Source: the human T2T-CHM13v2.0 reference genome, Homo sapiens. Taken from it: 64,000 nt of DNA. The stretch lies in the NCBI RefSeq assembly GCF_009914755.1, contig NC_060931.1; one strand, 5' to 3'. Within the stretch, counting starts at the first letter, position 1. Each line of letters opens with the position of its first letter. Positions 34,494 through 50,240 of the stretch are shown one piece after another. The translations under genes were made by a program, and so were the position numbers. Under the pieces are notes generated by a model. The model ran no database searches and was not told where the DNA came from. It worked only from the letters and a program-made list of their open reading frames with translations.

Positions 34494-37130
34494 AGTACCT
34501 ATTTTCCCATACTCTCATCAATACTGTTAATCACTCATTCTGGTTTTTGACAATCTGATATTGTTTACTTGATATGTGTTTTTTGTTCATGTATTCTTTA
34601 TGGATGAGATTGGAACATTTTATCTACTGACTTTATATAAGCTACCTGATGAAATCCTTTGCCCATTTTGCTATTGATTAGACTTTTTTTCTTCTCGATC
34701 TCTAAGTGCTTTCTGCCTATGCAGGAGATTTGATTACTGTGTCTTATATGTTACATGCTATTTTTCTCAGTTTTTCATTTGCCTTTTTGTCTTTGTCATG
34801 CATAAATTTGTAATTTTTATGTAGTTACTTTGTCTATCATTTTTAAATGATTTCTGGGGTTTTGAAATTTTCATACTTCTTAGTAGTGTCCAAGTGTATT
34901 TTTTGTGATTAAATTTTTGATCCATCAGGAATCCATTTTGATATAAGAAGTAAACTTCCAATCCAGTCCTATTATTAAATGCCTGGTGAGTTGTTCCAAC
35001 AAAATTTATTAAATGAATTATCTTTTTCTACCCACTTACAATGCCACATTTATGATATACTAAGCTTTTAGGTCCAATTTTGAATTCTGTTCCATTAATC
35101 TGTCTTTCGATATGCCAGCATGAAACTCTATTACTATAGCTTTTAAAGTATAATTCTGTTGTGTGATAAACTTAGTTCCTTACTGTTTTACTGTGTTCAA
35201 GATTTTTCTGGCTACTTTTGCCTTATTATGTCTCTATATGGAATCTAAAATAAGCTTTCCTAGTTGTCCTAAAATAAATAAACTGGTAACTTTATTGTGA
35301 TCACATTAATTTATAGATTAACTTAAGGAAGAGTAACATACTTTTAAAATTGCACCTTCCTGTCCAATAATAAGATTTGTTTCACCATTTATCCTAGTTT
35401 TCCTTTATCTCCTTTATTATAGTTTTAGTTTTTTTTTTTCTGCACCGTTTCTAAGTTTATTGTTAGGTATTTTATTTTGTTGCTAAAACTAAATATTTTT
35501 GTTGTGAGAATAGCAATTTCAAATAGAATATTTACTATTTTATATTTTCTAACTTGTTTACATACAGGAAAGTTATTTTTGTGTGTATTACTTTTGAAAA
35601 TTGCCATACTTTGTTTCTAATATTTAAATTATTATATATGTTCCAATTATACAGTTATCCTGTATTAATGTAATTATATCTCCTAATTTTCAGTTTTTAT
35701 ACCTTATATTTCTTTTTTGTACTAAATGCATTTACTGGTACTGTCAAAAAATACTTAATAATGTTGCCTTTATCTTATTCTTCATTTTAATGGGACTAGT
35801 ATTACTGTTTTCTCATTAAGCAAATTATTGGCTTCTGGTTTAAAATAAATTTTTTTGATTCTGCTAAGGAGTTACCAATTTGTTCTTATATTATTAAGAA
35901 AACTTTACCAGAAATTATTACTAAACTTTATTAAATGCCTTTTTAACATCTATGGGGTAGAGGGATTATGATATTCTTCTCATTTGACCTATTATGTTGG
36001 TGAGTTATATTAGTTTTTTAATATTGAACCAGTTGTATAGTATTGAAATAAAGTGCAGTTAGTCATTGTGGATAATTTTTAGTGGGTTGCTGAATCCTGT
36101 TTTCTCGTTTTATGCAGGATTTTTGCTTTAATATTCATAAATAAGATAGATTTTTAAAAATTTTCTAGCTCGTGTACATTTATCAGGTTTTGGTATAAAC
36201 GTTATTTAGAATTCTTTGCTTTAGAGCAGTTTCAATAATGTTTTAATTAATGTTCTTTATAATTTCGAGAGAAATCTTCTAAAACTGTGCATATTTTGTT
36301 ACTGTTTTAGAGAGACAGAGAATATTGTTATTATAAAACTTCTCAGTTTCTTCTTTGTTACATCTAAGTTTCCTATATATTCTGTTCCAGGGACAGTTTT
36401 GGTTATTTATTTTCCTAGAAAAATGCTTTTCATGCAGGATTTTAAAATTCATTTAATAAATTTAAGCAAAGCATTCTCCTATAATTGCTAAAATTTCCTT
36501 TAAAGATAGGAGATTTTTTCCCTTTGTCCTAATACTTTACATTGTGTTTTTGCATTCTTATTTTTCTCCCCTGAGTATGTTGGTAGGCTTTATCTTGTTA
36601 ATTTTTTCAAAGAATCAGTGCTTGAAATTATTTATTAGTTCTAGTTTTGTGCTGTATTCTAATAATATAAATTTTTTTTATAAATCGGATTTATTTAGAT
36701 TTATTTTGTTCTTTATTTAACCTCTTGCTCTGTATTAACTTCTTACTTCCCAGTATTTTATTAAGAATGTTTTCAAATATGCAGAGAAATTGAAAGGATC
36801 GTACAGGAACCCATATGGCCATCAACTAGATTCTTACAATCAATAATTTACTATATTGCTTTATCACATATGTAGCCATCTATCCATCCCTCTCTTTATC
36901 CAATTAAGTCCTTTTAGTTTTTTATTCATTTAAAAGTAAGTTGCAGATATCCTTACATTTCACCTGTAAATACTTTAGCATTTATATTGTTACCTAGAAT
37001 TCCTTTTTAGTTTTGAGGTGCATTTTACAAAAGATGAAATTCACAACTCTAATTGTATCAATGAATTTTAACAAATTTAACAAATGCATACATTTGTGTA
37101 ATCTAAACACATACCACAATATAGAACATT
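34494..37130 (-). mobile_element. Old L1M (ME/MC-like) fragments
   Basis: Degenerate AT-rich reverse L1 ORF2 and 3'UTR motifs, continuing the sequence interrupted by the provirus. Confidence 0.6.
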
Positions 37131-37149
37131 ACTGTTATAATTACTTTTT

Positions 37150-37920
37150 AAAAATTACTTAGGTGTAAATCTAACAAAACATGTATAAGACTTGCATTCT
37201 TAAAACTACACAATGTTGATGAAGCAAATAAAAGAAGATCTAAATAAATCAAGAAATATACCATGTTCATGATTAGGACTCAGCTCAATGTGGTAAGATG
37301 TCAACTCTCCCCAGTTGACATATAGGTTTCAAGAAATTCCTATCAGGATTTCTTTTTGTAGATGTAGACAAAATTATTCTAAAATTTATATGGAAAGGCT
37401 AAAGAACTAAAATAACGTTTTTAAAAAGCAGTTTTGAAAATGAAGCATAAAATGGGATAAAGTAGCCTCTTACCTCAAGCTTTTATATAGCTACAGTAGT
37501 CAAAGCTATGTGGTATTAGATTAGTAGAAGAGAATAGAGGACTCAGAAGTAGAACCACACAAATATTCCCAAGTGGTTTTTCATGAAAGTGAAAAAGCAA
37601 TTTAATGGAAGAAAGTTTGCATTTTCAACAAATATTGCTGGAGAAATTGGATATCCATAGGAAGAAAAGAAAGAGACAAGGGAAAACTTCAACCTAAGTC
37701 TAACACCTTATACAAGAATGCATTCAAAATGAATCATAGATTTAAATGTAAAACATACAATTATAAATCTTTTTTAAAATAGAAAATCTTTATGATCTAG
37801 AGCTAAGCAAAGAGTTCTTAGAATTGACATCAAAAACATGATTAATAAAAACTTGATAAATTGGACTTCAGAATTAAAAGCTCTTGTTTTGCAAAAGACC
37901 CTGTTAAGCAGATGAAAATA
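37150..37920 (+). mobile_element. L1M ORF2 fragment
   Basis: aaatctaacaaaacatgtataagac..ccatgttcatg..ttcaacaaatattgctggagaaattggata. Confidence 0.7.
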
Positions 37921-37929
37921 CAGTGAAGA

Positions 37930-38210
37930 GGAGGAAAAACAAAGAGCAACATGCTTATGCCAGTTGATTCTATCTCCTTTTATTTTTTTATTTTTATTTT
38001 TTTTAAAAAAGCTTTCCCAGAAATTCCACCAGAAGTCATCTTTTACCCCTCATTGACTAGAATTATATTGCATGGCTACTCCTGGCCACAGGCAAGCCTG
38101 AAAACTTAAGGTTTTTTAATGGAGGTACATTGCTGCCCTGATAAATTCAGGTTTTAGTAAGGAAGGAACAAAGTTAGAATGAAAATTTGGAGGACAACTA
38201 GCAATGTATA
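37930..38210 (-). mobile_element. MLT1-type MaLR LTR fragment
   Basis: ctttcccagaa..ctcattgactagaatt..catggctactcctggc..cattgctgccc..ggaggacaactagca. Confidence 0.55.
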
Positions 38211-38639
38211 GAAAAACTAGCAGTGGAAATTTGGAGGACAACTAGCTGAGTGCAGGGCCTTATACTCCTAAATACTCTTTTGTTCATATAACAGTGGACT
38301 AACTTGAACAACTACTTGAATCTGCATATGGAAGTGGCTTATCCTGGCAATTACTTAACAAAGTCACCTATTCTGCCTTATGGAAAATAGTCATCTTTTA
38401 TATCTGCCACATAAGACAAAATAAAGTGGCTCCTCAGCACAACTTTGGAAGTGTTGTGAAATCTTATGGAGGAATACTTAGATTTGGATACCCTTGCAAA
38501 GAAGTTATGTGAAATTTTGTGGCATGTGATTTAAATGCAGAACAAACTGTCTGCTATAGTTGCAAACAGTTTAAAGGCTTGAATATTACCAACTTGTGAT
38601 GATGTATGTAACTGTCCTGATATTCTTGTGCTAGAAGAC

Positions 38640-41220
38640 TAAGAGGATGTAATTATCAATTAGATGAGAACCAGATACAGAATAAAAAGGAATTAAATAA
38701 CTAAGATGAAATGGACACATGACTGGCAAGATATGAAGTACGGAAACTGACTCAAGAGGAAATAGAACATCTAAATAGACATATAACAAGTAAAGAGATT
38801 TAATTAATAATAGAAAAACTACTACAGAGAGTCGCTTAAACCCAAATAGCTTCATTGCTGAATTCTTCCAAACATTTAATGTTTAGAACATTCTACCAAA
38901 CAATTCCTAATTCTTCAAAAACTCTTCAAATAATAGAAGAGGAAGGAATGCTTCCCCATTCATCGCTATGAGGCCAGTATTACTCTGATAACAAAACCAC
39001 AAAAGACATCACAAGAAAACTACAGGCTAATATATATTATGAATATAGATGTAAAATTCATCAGCAAAATACTAGCAAACTAAATCCAGCAACAAATAAA
39101 AAGAATATGTATCATGAACAAGTGGAATCTATCCAGATATGTTGTTTGTTCCCTGTACCCAAAAATCAATTAATGTGATAGAACATATCAGTAGAATTAA
39201 AAAGAAACAAGATAATTTCAATAAACATAGAAAAGACATTTTTAAGAAATCCTACACCCTTTCATGACAAAAACACTCACCAAATTAGGAAGAGAAAGGA
39301 AAGGCGTCTATGGAAATCCCACAGCTAATATCTACTTAATGGTGAAAAGACTAGATGCTTTCCCCATAAGGTCAAGAACAAGACAAAGATACCCACTTTT
39401 CCACTTTTATACGACATTGTAATGGAGGTTCTAGCCAGGGTAATTAGACAGAAAGAGAAGTTTAAAAAGTCCAGATTGGAAAGAAGGAAGTAAAACTATA
39501 CTTGCCAATAAAATAATTTTGTACATAGAAAATCCTAAGCAATCCACTGAAAAAAACTTTTAGAACTAATATGAGTTCGGCAAGGTTGCAGAATACAAGA
39601 GTAATATATAAAAATCAATTGTATTTCTATGCACTTATAATAAACAACCCTAAAATGAACTTATGAAAACTATTCAATTTGCAAAAGAATAAAATATGAA
39701 TACATTTAGGTAAAGAGTACAAGACATACTCTGACAACTACAAAACATTACTGAAAGAAAATAAAGATCTAGATAAATAGACATCCCATGTTTATGGATC
39801 AAAAGACTTACTATTATTACGATGACAGTCCTCTCCAAATGAATCTACAGATTCAATGCAATTTCCATTAGAATACCAGTGGGTTGCTTTGTAGAAATTG
39901 ACAGACTGATACTAAAATTTATATAGAAACTCAAGGAACCCAGAATGGCCAAAAAAAAGAAAAAAAAACTTAAGAACAAATTTGAGAGCTCACACTTTCT
40001 GATTTCAAAACTTACTACAAATAGTAATTTAGACAGTGTGGTACTGTCATGAGGATAGACTTATAGACCAGTGAATTACATTGGAAGTCCAGAAATAAGC
40101 CCATGTGTCTGTGGTGAACTGATTTTTGACAAGGATGGCAAGACTATTCAATAGGAAGAGCATTGTCTTTTCAACAAATGGCACCCAGACAACTGGATAG
40201 ATAACCACATGCAAAATAAAGAAGTTTGTCCCTTACCTCACACCATATACAAAAATTGATTCAAAATGGATCAAGATCTAACTAACAGCCTGAACTATAA
40301 AACCCTTACAAGGAAACATAGAGGCAAATCTTCATGACTTTGGATTTGGCAATGGATTCTTAGGTATAATGCCAGAAGCACAAGCAACAACTGAAAAAAA
40401 AAAATAGATGAATTGAACTTTATCAAAATTGAAACTTCTGTGTTTCAACAGAAACTGTCAAGAAAATGAAAATAAAACCCACAGAACAAGAGAAAATATT
40501 TGAAAATTATTTATCTGACAAAGGACTTCTATCTAGACTATATAAAGAACTCTTACAACTCAATATTAAAAAGACAAATTTTAAAGTGTGCAAAGGATCT
40601 AAATAAACATTTCTCCAAAGTAGATGAACAAATGGTCAATAAACACATGAAAATATGTTCAACATCTTTAGTCATAGGGAACTGCAAATTAATACCACAA
40701 TAAGATACCTCTTTACCCCCACTAGGATGACTAGAATCAAAAAGTCAGATAACAAGTGCTGACAAGCATGTGGAGAGATTGGAACCCTTATACACTGCTG
40801 TTGGGAATGTAAAATTGTGCAGCTACTTTGGAAACCTGGTGTTTCTTCAGAAAGTTAAACATTGAGTTACTATTTGACCCAGCAGTTCCACTTGTAGGTA
40901 TGTACCCAAGAGAAATGAAAACATATATCCAAACAAAAACTTACATACAAACGTTAACGGCAGCATTTTTCTTAGTGCCACATGGTGGAAACAACCCAAA
41001 TGTCCATCAATGGATGAATGGAAAAACAAAATATGGTATTTCCACACAATAGAATATTAATTAGCCATAAAAATGGAATGAGGTACTGATACATGGTACA
41101 ACATGGATGAACTTTGAAAACATTATGCTGAGTGATAGAAGCCAGACACAAAAGAACAAATAATATGATTCTAATTATGTGAAATGACTAGAACAGGCAA
41201 CTATATAGACAAAATAGCAC
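38640..41220 (+). mobile_element. L1MB-like ORF2 3' half and 3'UTR
   Basis: Continuous degenerate L1 ORF2 (RT through C-terminus) and 3'UTR (acatggatgaactttgaaaacattatgctgagtga). Confidence 0.8.
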
Positions 41221-41791
41221 ATATGCCTACATCTCACTCAAGGTTAGTGTGGTAGTGTTGGGATTTTTTTAATTGTTTTTTTCTGTTCCCTTTCCCCAGA
41301 TGCAATGGTTTTCTACTAATGTCTTATTATAGATTAAGTATTTTGCTCCATAAAGGGAGATGCATAGATGGGTCTGGGTGGAGTTTGGCAGAGGCTGCTG
41401 TTCCCCTCCCCAATACAACACCACAAGAATAACTTTCCCAGGATTCTCTTTGATCTTCCTTGTGAGCACCTGGTGGGATTCCCAGAGGAAAAGTCTGAAA
41501 GTGGGTACTAACCCACTTATATCTGCAGCCCCAAGGGGCTTCACACTCACATTTGGCTTTTAAAAATTTATTTTAAAAGCTTTAGCTGTGCCTTTTTACC
41601 AGATTATATGAAGTTCAGCAGCATCTGCCTTCAGTGGGCAACTACTGAGGTCCAATTTCACCTTGCAGGTTTCTGTCTTTTCGCAGACTTTGGAGCATTT
41701 GGTTGCCCTGCAACCTCTTCTATGGTGGGTTGGCGAAAAGTCATTAATTTGCAGTTTGTTATTTTATTTTTTGTTGTAAGGGTGAGGATGA

Positions 41792-42067
<276 letters not shown>

Positions 42068-42119
42068 TTTTTTTTTGTTGTTGTTGTTTTTTTAACATTC
42101 TGTATCTCTTAGCTGACAT

Positions 42120-45100
42120 TGGAAATCTGACCTGTAATTTTCAAAAGTGTCAAAGTCATGAAATATAAGGAAAGACTGAAAAGCTGTTCTATATCGAAGA
42201 AAACTAAAATACACATTAAAGTTCAATGCAATGTGTGATTCTAAAGTGGATCCTTTTGCTATAGAGGACATTATTTATACAACTGTCAAAATTTTAAGTC
42301 TAAGGATTAAATATTAGAAATAAATCAGTATTAATGTCCTGATCTTGATGGTTGTATTATGGTTATTTATATAGGAGGATTTCCTTCACTGGAGGAAATA
42401 TAAGTATTTGGAGAGGATGGGGTATTATGTTTGCAAATATTTCAGGGAAAAAAAGTTGTTTTTCCTGTTATTGCAACTTTTCTGTATGTTTTCAACTGTT
42501 TCAAATAAAATTAAAAACCACATGCCTAGGAATAAATCTGATAGACAAGATTTCTATGAAGAAGCAATAAAGCATTGAGAGAGATTTTTAAAAGACCTAA
42601 GTAAATAGAGGGAAATAGCATGTTCACAGATTGGGAGACTCATTATTTTAAAGATGTCAGTTATCTCCAAACTGATCTACATGTCCCATGCAATACCAGT
42701 CAAAATCCCAATTGTGATTTTTTTATAGAAATTGACAAGGTACTTTAAAAATGCATATGGAAATGCCAACGACCTCTTAAAAGGACAAAAAAATTGTAAG
42801 AGTTACTAGCTCTTAAACCTTAATAAAGTTATAGTAATATATGGCATTGCTGAAAGGAAACAGGAATGGAATAGAACAGAGAGCTTAGAAACAGACCTAT
42901 GCATATATGGTCATTATGACAAAGGTGGAACTGCAAGAGAAAGTTAAAGATGGTCTTTTCAGTAAATAATACTGGAATAATTGGATTTCCATATGGAAAA
43001 AGTGAAATCTCACCCCAACCTTATGCACAAAAGTCCATTTTAAATGGGTTATGGATATAAAAATGAAAGGTAAAACAATAAGACTTCTAGAAAATAATAC
43101 AAGAAAATATCTTCATAATATTAAAATCTGGAAAGGCTTAAACAGAACAGAAAATACCCTAAACCATAAAGAAAAAGACTGATAAATTTGACTACGATAC
43201 AATTAAAAACCTCAGTTCATCAAAAAATAAAACGAGGCAAACAATAGATTGGGAGAATATATTAATATTTGCAATACATAACTGACAAATAGATCATTTC
43301 TGGAATACATAAAGCATTTCTGAAAGTAATAAGAAAAGACAAACAACCCAGTAGGAAAATGGGCAAGAGACTTGAATGGGCACTTAATAAAAAATGATAT
43401 TCACATGGCCAATAAACATATGAGATAATATCAACCTTATCATGAAGTCTTGTTGTGATTTTAATTTGCTATTCCCTGATTGTTAATGAGGCTGAGTTCT
43501 GTTTCACAGAAACCTTGCAAGGTTAAATTTAACTTATACTAAGGAATGGTGAGCATATGGAGCAAACAGAAACTTTGTGACCTGCTGGTGGGTGTGTAAA
43601 TTGGTATAATCATTTTGGATGATAGCTTGGCGTTATTTACTGAAATTGATACATGCCCTGCAACCTAGAATTTTTACTCCCAGTTGTATACCTAAAACTG
43701 ATGTGAGCACAGGTGCTCTAAGCAATATGTATAAAGCTGTTCATAGCACCATTTTTCTTAATAGCCCCAAACTGAAACAGCCCAAATGTCCATTATAAAT
43801 AGAAATTGATAAATTGTAACATTTTGTACAATATTATATATCAATGAAATAAGCAAATTACAGCAGTATGCCACAATGTGGATTGATTTCATGAATATAC
43901 GTGAAAAACAGCACAGAAGAATACCATACACTATGTGATTTTAATTTTATAAAGTTCAAATATAGGCAAAGCAAAGCAATAGTTTTATTTACACTTCTGT
44001 AGATAAAAACTGTATTATACACATGCATATATATGAATGCTTAGGTGGTAAAATTATAAAGGAGAGTAAAGAAATGACTGCATTATATTAAGACTAATGG
44101 CTACTTTTCAAAGGGAGGGAGAGGCTGGTGATGGGAAAGGGGCATGAGTGGAGTATGTAAGGTGCTTGCAATGTAATATTTCTTGGCCTATGTGGTGTTT
44201 GCTTTGTGATAAATCAGTAAGCTGTAGTTCTTTGTTTTTGCACTTTTCATAAGTATAATACCTAATAAACATTTAAATATTTGCTTTGTTTTTGGCCCTG
44301 TGAAATGTGGATAGAAGTATGTTTGGGTAGATTTTTTTAATGGGCACAATTGACAAAAAGATGAATACATCAGTGGAACAGAGTAAAATGTCCAGAAATA
44401 GACCAACGTGTTTATTACCAAATGACCTTTGACAAAGGCACCAAAGAAACCCAATGAGGGTAAGGAAAGTCTTTTCAGTAAGTGGTGTTGTAACAACTTA
44501 GCATACATGTAGAAAAAAAAATCCTTGACCTCTACCTCACTAGTAAACAAAAATTAATTCAAGACAGATCATAGACCTAAACGAAGCTATATATAACCTA
44601 ACATTATAAAGCTCATAGAAGAAAACATGGAACGATATCTCTGTAGTTATAGATAAGGCAACAATTCCTTAGGAGCCAGAAAGAAAAAAGAAACAATGAA
44701 AAATTAATAAAGTTGACTTCATCAAAATTTAAAATTTCTCATTAAGAGACAGTTAAAAATGAAAAGGAAAGCCACAGTCCATAAAAAATATTCCCAACAC
44801 ATATATGACAAAAGACTTGTATGCAGAATATATGAAGAATTCCTACAAACCAATAATCAAAACCTAATTTTAAAATGGACAAAAGACTCGAACAGACATT
44901 TCTCAAAGAATTATAATAATCAATAATCATATGAAAACATTTTTCAACATGGGAAATGAAAATCTGAACCACAATGAGATACCACTTTACATCTACCAGG
45001 ATGGCAAAAAATTTAAAAGACTGACAACCAAATATTAGAAAGTAGAGCAACTGGAACTCTAATACATTGTTGGTGGGAATGTAAAATTGCATAATCACTT

Positions 45101-45350
45101 TGTAAAAAGGTTTGACAGTTTTGTTTCTTAATAAAGGAAAATATACATGTATTCCCTGACCAGCAGTTTATCTCTTAGGTAAATAAAGACATAACTATTA
45201 TGTCCACTAATGGTCAAATTGTGGCAATCCATATTAGAGAACAGTATACAGATGTTAAAAAATGATAAAGATCTATGTATATTAAACATCTCTAAGATGT
45301 TTAGTGAAGTGGGTGGGAAAAACAAATTGGTGATCAGTATATATAGAATG
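42120..45350 (+). mobile_element. Several old L1M fragments
   Basis: Repeated degenerate L1 ORF2 C-terminal and 3'UTR segments (42120-42510, 42520-44270, 44340-45350). Confidence 0.65.
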
Positions 45351-45661
45351 ATGCCGTATACTTGAAGAAGACATTGTGGTTGACTCATTGTAGTTGATTC
45401 CACTGTAGTTGATTAAGTCAGTTAGTACAAGACACTTCCGCTGACAGTCATGTTGTTTTACATTTTACAATGGTAAGCCTTAGGATGAGGATGACAAAGT
45501 GGAGAGACATAAAAAAGTGAGCTCTGGATGACCACTGAGTCACTGATTATACCATCCCTCGAATCCACTCTACTTCTGGGTTTCTAAATAAGTGAAATAA
45601 TATATTTTCTTAGCATATGTCAAAAGCATCTGAACTGGATGGTTGAAAGCGAGAAAGCCTA

Positions 45662-46068
<407 letters not shown>

Positions 46069-47486
46069 TTACACAATAAACAAGTCTGATAAAAATAATT
46101 ACTTATAAAAAGCATTCCAAGTTAAACACCTTTAATTCAGAAGGTGTTTTCTGGGATTTTCTATGGCTCCTGGATATCCCTTTTATAAGATCATTTGCAT
46201 ATACCATATCTCAGTGATCAAAAAGTGGGATCACCCAAAGATAAATCTGAGAACAGATAACAAGAAGTCTCACAGTAGCCAAGTGAAAAAAGATACACAA
46301 AATGGAATATCCTTACCAACTACTTAGGCTTTTACATCTGCTATACTGATGGTTAGGACCTGAAGGAGTCTTCTTTTGCATAGAAGTTTATTTTTTTTTC
46401 TTTTTCCTTGGAAGAAAATGAAACATATGGTGAAGGGCTGAAGGCATGGTGTTGTCTCAGCCTGTCCTAAGGCCTATGGAGAAAGGAGCTGAAGGCCAAA
46501 GCAAAAACCTTCACAAGGTGATCCATGAGACATAATGGCACAAACAGCACTGATTTGGTGCTCACATGACATGGTAACTGCTAAGCACAGTCTCCATTCT
46601 TCTGGGAACATGACTTTGACTAAAGGAGGACTCAAGAGAATGCAGTGTTTTTTCACAGCTCGAGTTTGCAGCTTTGAGAGAACTAGGAAACATATTTGCT
46701 ATGCACAGACATCTGAGTTATCTTGGGACAATGATAGCCAACACTTTCAAATAGTTTTTTGAACAGCAGACATCAACAAGGATAGTAGGAGATTGTGATA
46801 ATGGAAAGATGAATATAGAATTTTCCAGGCTACTTGACATAAAGATAGCTGCAAAATCTATCACTGAATAACAAGTCAAGAAGAAGTGCCTATATCAGGA
46901 ATCCATGTTGATGTTTAAGTCCATTACAGATGAAATTGCTTACTATAGAATACTCAGAAAATCTTGAAATGCTTAATTTCAAGCCAAAATCTTCTACTTA
47001 AACAACCCTTGCTCGAGAGTAGCTTTTTTGCAATGACGATATTGCCAGACATAAAACGTTTATGCAGTAGACGTATATTACATTATTTACATTTAAGGAA
47101 TATGTGGATAAAAACTTTGCATTGTTCAACCATCCATTCATTCATCTCTCCATATGTCCATTCATCTGTCTGTCCATTTAATCTATGGACATCTAACTGA
47201 ATGCTCACCCTGTTTCAAATACAACGTAAAGAACAATTTTAGTGGAACAGTGGATATGGGTATCAGAAGTGGGTTACATCTGATTCTCAAAACATGGCTC
47301 TCAGTAAGGGTACTCTAATAAACTGCAAACTTGTCGCTTATATACAAGTTCTTTCTCCAGTTATAGGGTTTCATGGTTCTTTACTAGTTATTAATAAAGA
47401 AGAGCATAAGCAGAAATTAATAAAATCTCTGTTTTCTTAACTGAGAAGTCTGGATTTCGTGCAACTTTTGAAGATCAGCATACACA

Positions 47487-47863
<377 letters not shown>

Positions 47864-48790
47864 TTATTAGTTCGTTAATTTTGACTTAAGTTGGTTAAGA
47901 CTTTCAACTAATGAGATTTTTAAATAAAACATTTAAATTTTTAATTATAATTTGCTTATCTTTATTATCAATTTATTTGGTCATGTGTGATTCATTTAAC
48001 TCTACAATACAGTGATACACATTTGCATCAATATGGTAGACTGTGTTTCTTCTGTAGCTAGATTTGATCCCTATTGATAATGTCAAATACACTTCTGTTG
48101 TTAAAGCAGATGTACACATAATCTCCAAAATGTTTGTCCAGTAATACTTGTTTGTCATCAAATTCTTCGTTCATTAAAAAAAAAAATACAAATAACTAGG
48201 GTAGTTAGGCTGTGATGTCATTTTTCCCCCATCAAATAGGTCATGGTCAGAAAGACCTGAGAGTAGTGCAGATGATGTTTAAGAAATTTGATCCTAAAAA
48301 GAAAGAAAGCTGATAGCTAAAGGAGAAGTGGCAGGGGTAGGGGGACATCTAAGACTATCTTTCCTTTTGGGAGATAAACCTGAACATGTTTATAAGATTT
48401 ATCTTGACAGCCATTATCAAGCAAAGAAGCTGAAGGGAAAGGAAGAATAAAAGGTAGAGTAAGATTTCCCAGAGGTGAGACAGAATGGTATCAAGGGCTC
48501 AGGAGAAAGAGAATTGTGTTATAAAATAGGTATAAAATCAGTAACGAGCAAAAAGCAAGCATGAAACTACTCAATATAATAATTCAGAAGAAGATATGAA
48601 TGAAATGTCATAAGTTGTATTACAGTGTGACAATATTCATTATTCCAATGAACCCTTAGTAAAATCTTACCCCACACAAAACACTACATTTTAGCCTAGA
48701 TCTATCAATGAATAATTTGAAAATATGCAATAAAATTTTTCTGTTTTATTTTGAAGTCATCTTCAAATAATGTTTCACTTTTTTTTCCAG

Positions 48791-48898
48791 ATTGGACTCC
48801 TTCTTGTCCTGAGCCAGTGTATATCCCAACGGGCTTAGAAACGCAACCCCTTTATCCAGACTCCAAGGAAGCTACTGTGGTTTATCTAGCTGAAGATG
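48791..48898 (+). CDS. AGBL3: AGBL3 exon 5 (DWTPSCPEPVYIPTGLETQPLYPDSKEATVVYLAED)
   Basis: ttttttttccag acceptor, 108 nt, donor ATG/gtgagc; phase 1-1; lies within ORF-track entry 48751-48960. The gene continues beyond the window. Confidence 0.95.
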
Positions 48899-49741
48899 GT
48901 GAGCACATAATGACACATGTTGCTGTAAAATATAATTTGGTACTTAGGTTAATCTCTTAATTATATTTGTTTTGCTGTTTGTAGTGGAAATTTCAGATGA
49001 CCAGTCCCTAAACATAAAGATGTTTGTTTATATATTGATCCAAGTGTTGATTTAGAGCCAGTTATATTTTTGAAGGTGTATTGCAGTTTATGCAAAGTTA
49101 CTTTAAAATTAAACATCATGTTGGCCATTAGAATGAAGAGTTATATTTAGAATGAATTTTGCTTCATATCAATTTTGAAAGATAAACCCAGTGAAATGCT
49201 TTGCAACTATTGTTCCCTCTCCATGTACGGCTCACATTCATGCATTCGTTCAGATGTTTTTCTTTTAATTTCCTGACTCTGATGCATTTCTTGGCGTTAT
49301 AATCTTTAAAAGAGAAACAACTGCCCCACTTTGCAAAAAATCAAACATAGAAGTCTCAGAGTATACTCTCAACTATACTGCTCCTGAAGCACCAGCATAA
49401 GGAAGTATAGACGCCACATAATTTCACCATCACAGTTTAATGTCTTAAGAGTGTTTTCGTATATTAAAGATAACTTCCAGGGAGCATATGTATTTTATTT
49501 AAGGAACTAGCAAGACAAAGAGAAATTCACAGAGGCTGCTTCCTGTACAGTAAGCAATTCTAGAAATCATATACTCACAAACAACTCACAAAAATATACT
49601 CACAATATTTTTAAACAAATGGAGAGGAATACCTATGATTTTTCCAATTTGATTGTGAATATTTACATGGTGAACCTGCCTCAGAACTGCCATACATAAC
49701 TGAAATGAGATCTGATTTAGAAAAAACTAAAATAATTGAGA

Positions 49742-50240
49742 TGAATCAGTCAGGGTCTTCTCAGGAATTAGATAGCATACTCAGAGTAATTTAATAAAGT
49801 TTAATTAAATTTAATTTAATGAATTTTAAAAAGGGTAGACAGAGTTAATTGAGATTAACAAGGGATGGTGAAGCAACATAGGACTATCAACAGAGGAGAA
49901 CCATGTCTGCTGGGCCTGAAAGGGTGAGAAGACAGAACTGGTCTCCAGACCTGTAGAATCCTTTAGGTATAGGAGAGGGCAGCCTCGAAACAACTGTAGC
50001 TTTTAGTAAAGAAATAGACAACTGCCAACCTGTGGCACCGAAGGGAAAATGCTAGGAGGATAAATAAACCAATTTCACTATCCTCCCAACTTCCCATGTT
50101 CTACAAGTGCCTCCCATTGTCCACAGCCAAAGGGCAAGGGAACCTCTGGGGCAGTCAATACAGATCAGCCTCTTTGGAAACGTATAATGTGGAGAAGAGT
50201 AGAGGATAGATCTGTAGGTAGAAACAGAATATCCATCTCA
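49742..50240 (-). mobile_element. Old ERVL LTR (LTR33-like)
   Basis: atcagtcagggtc..caggaattagatagcatactca ... gcctcccattg..agggcaagggaacc..gatcagcctc. Confidence 0.55.
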
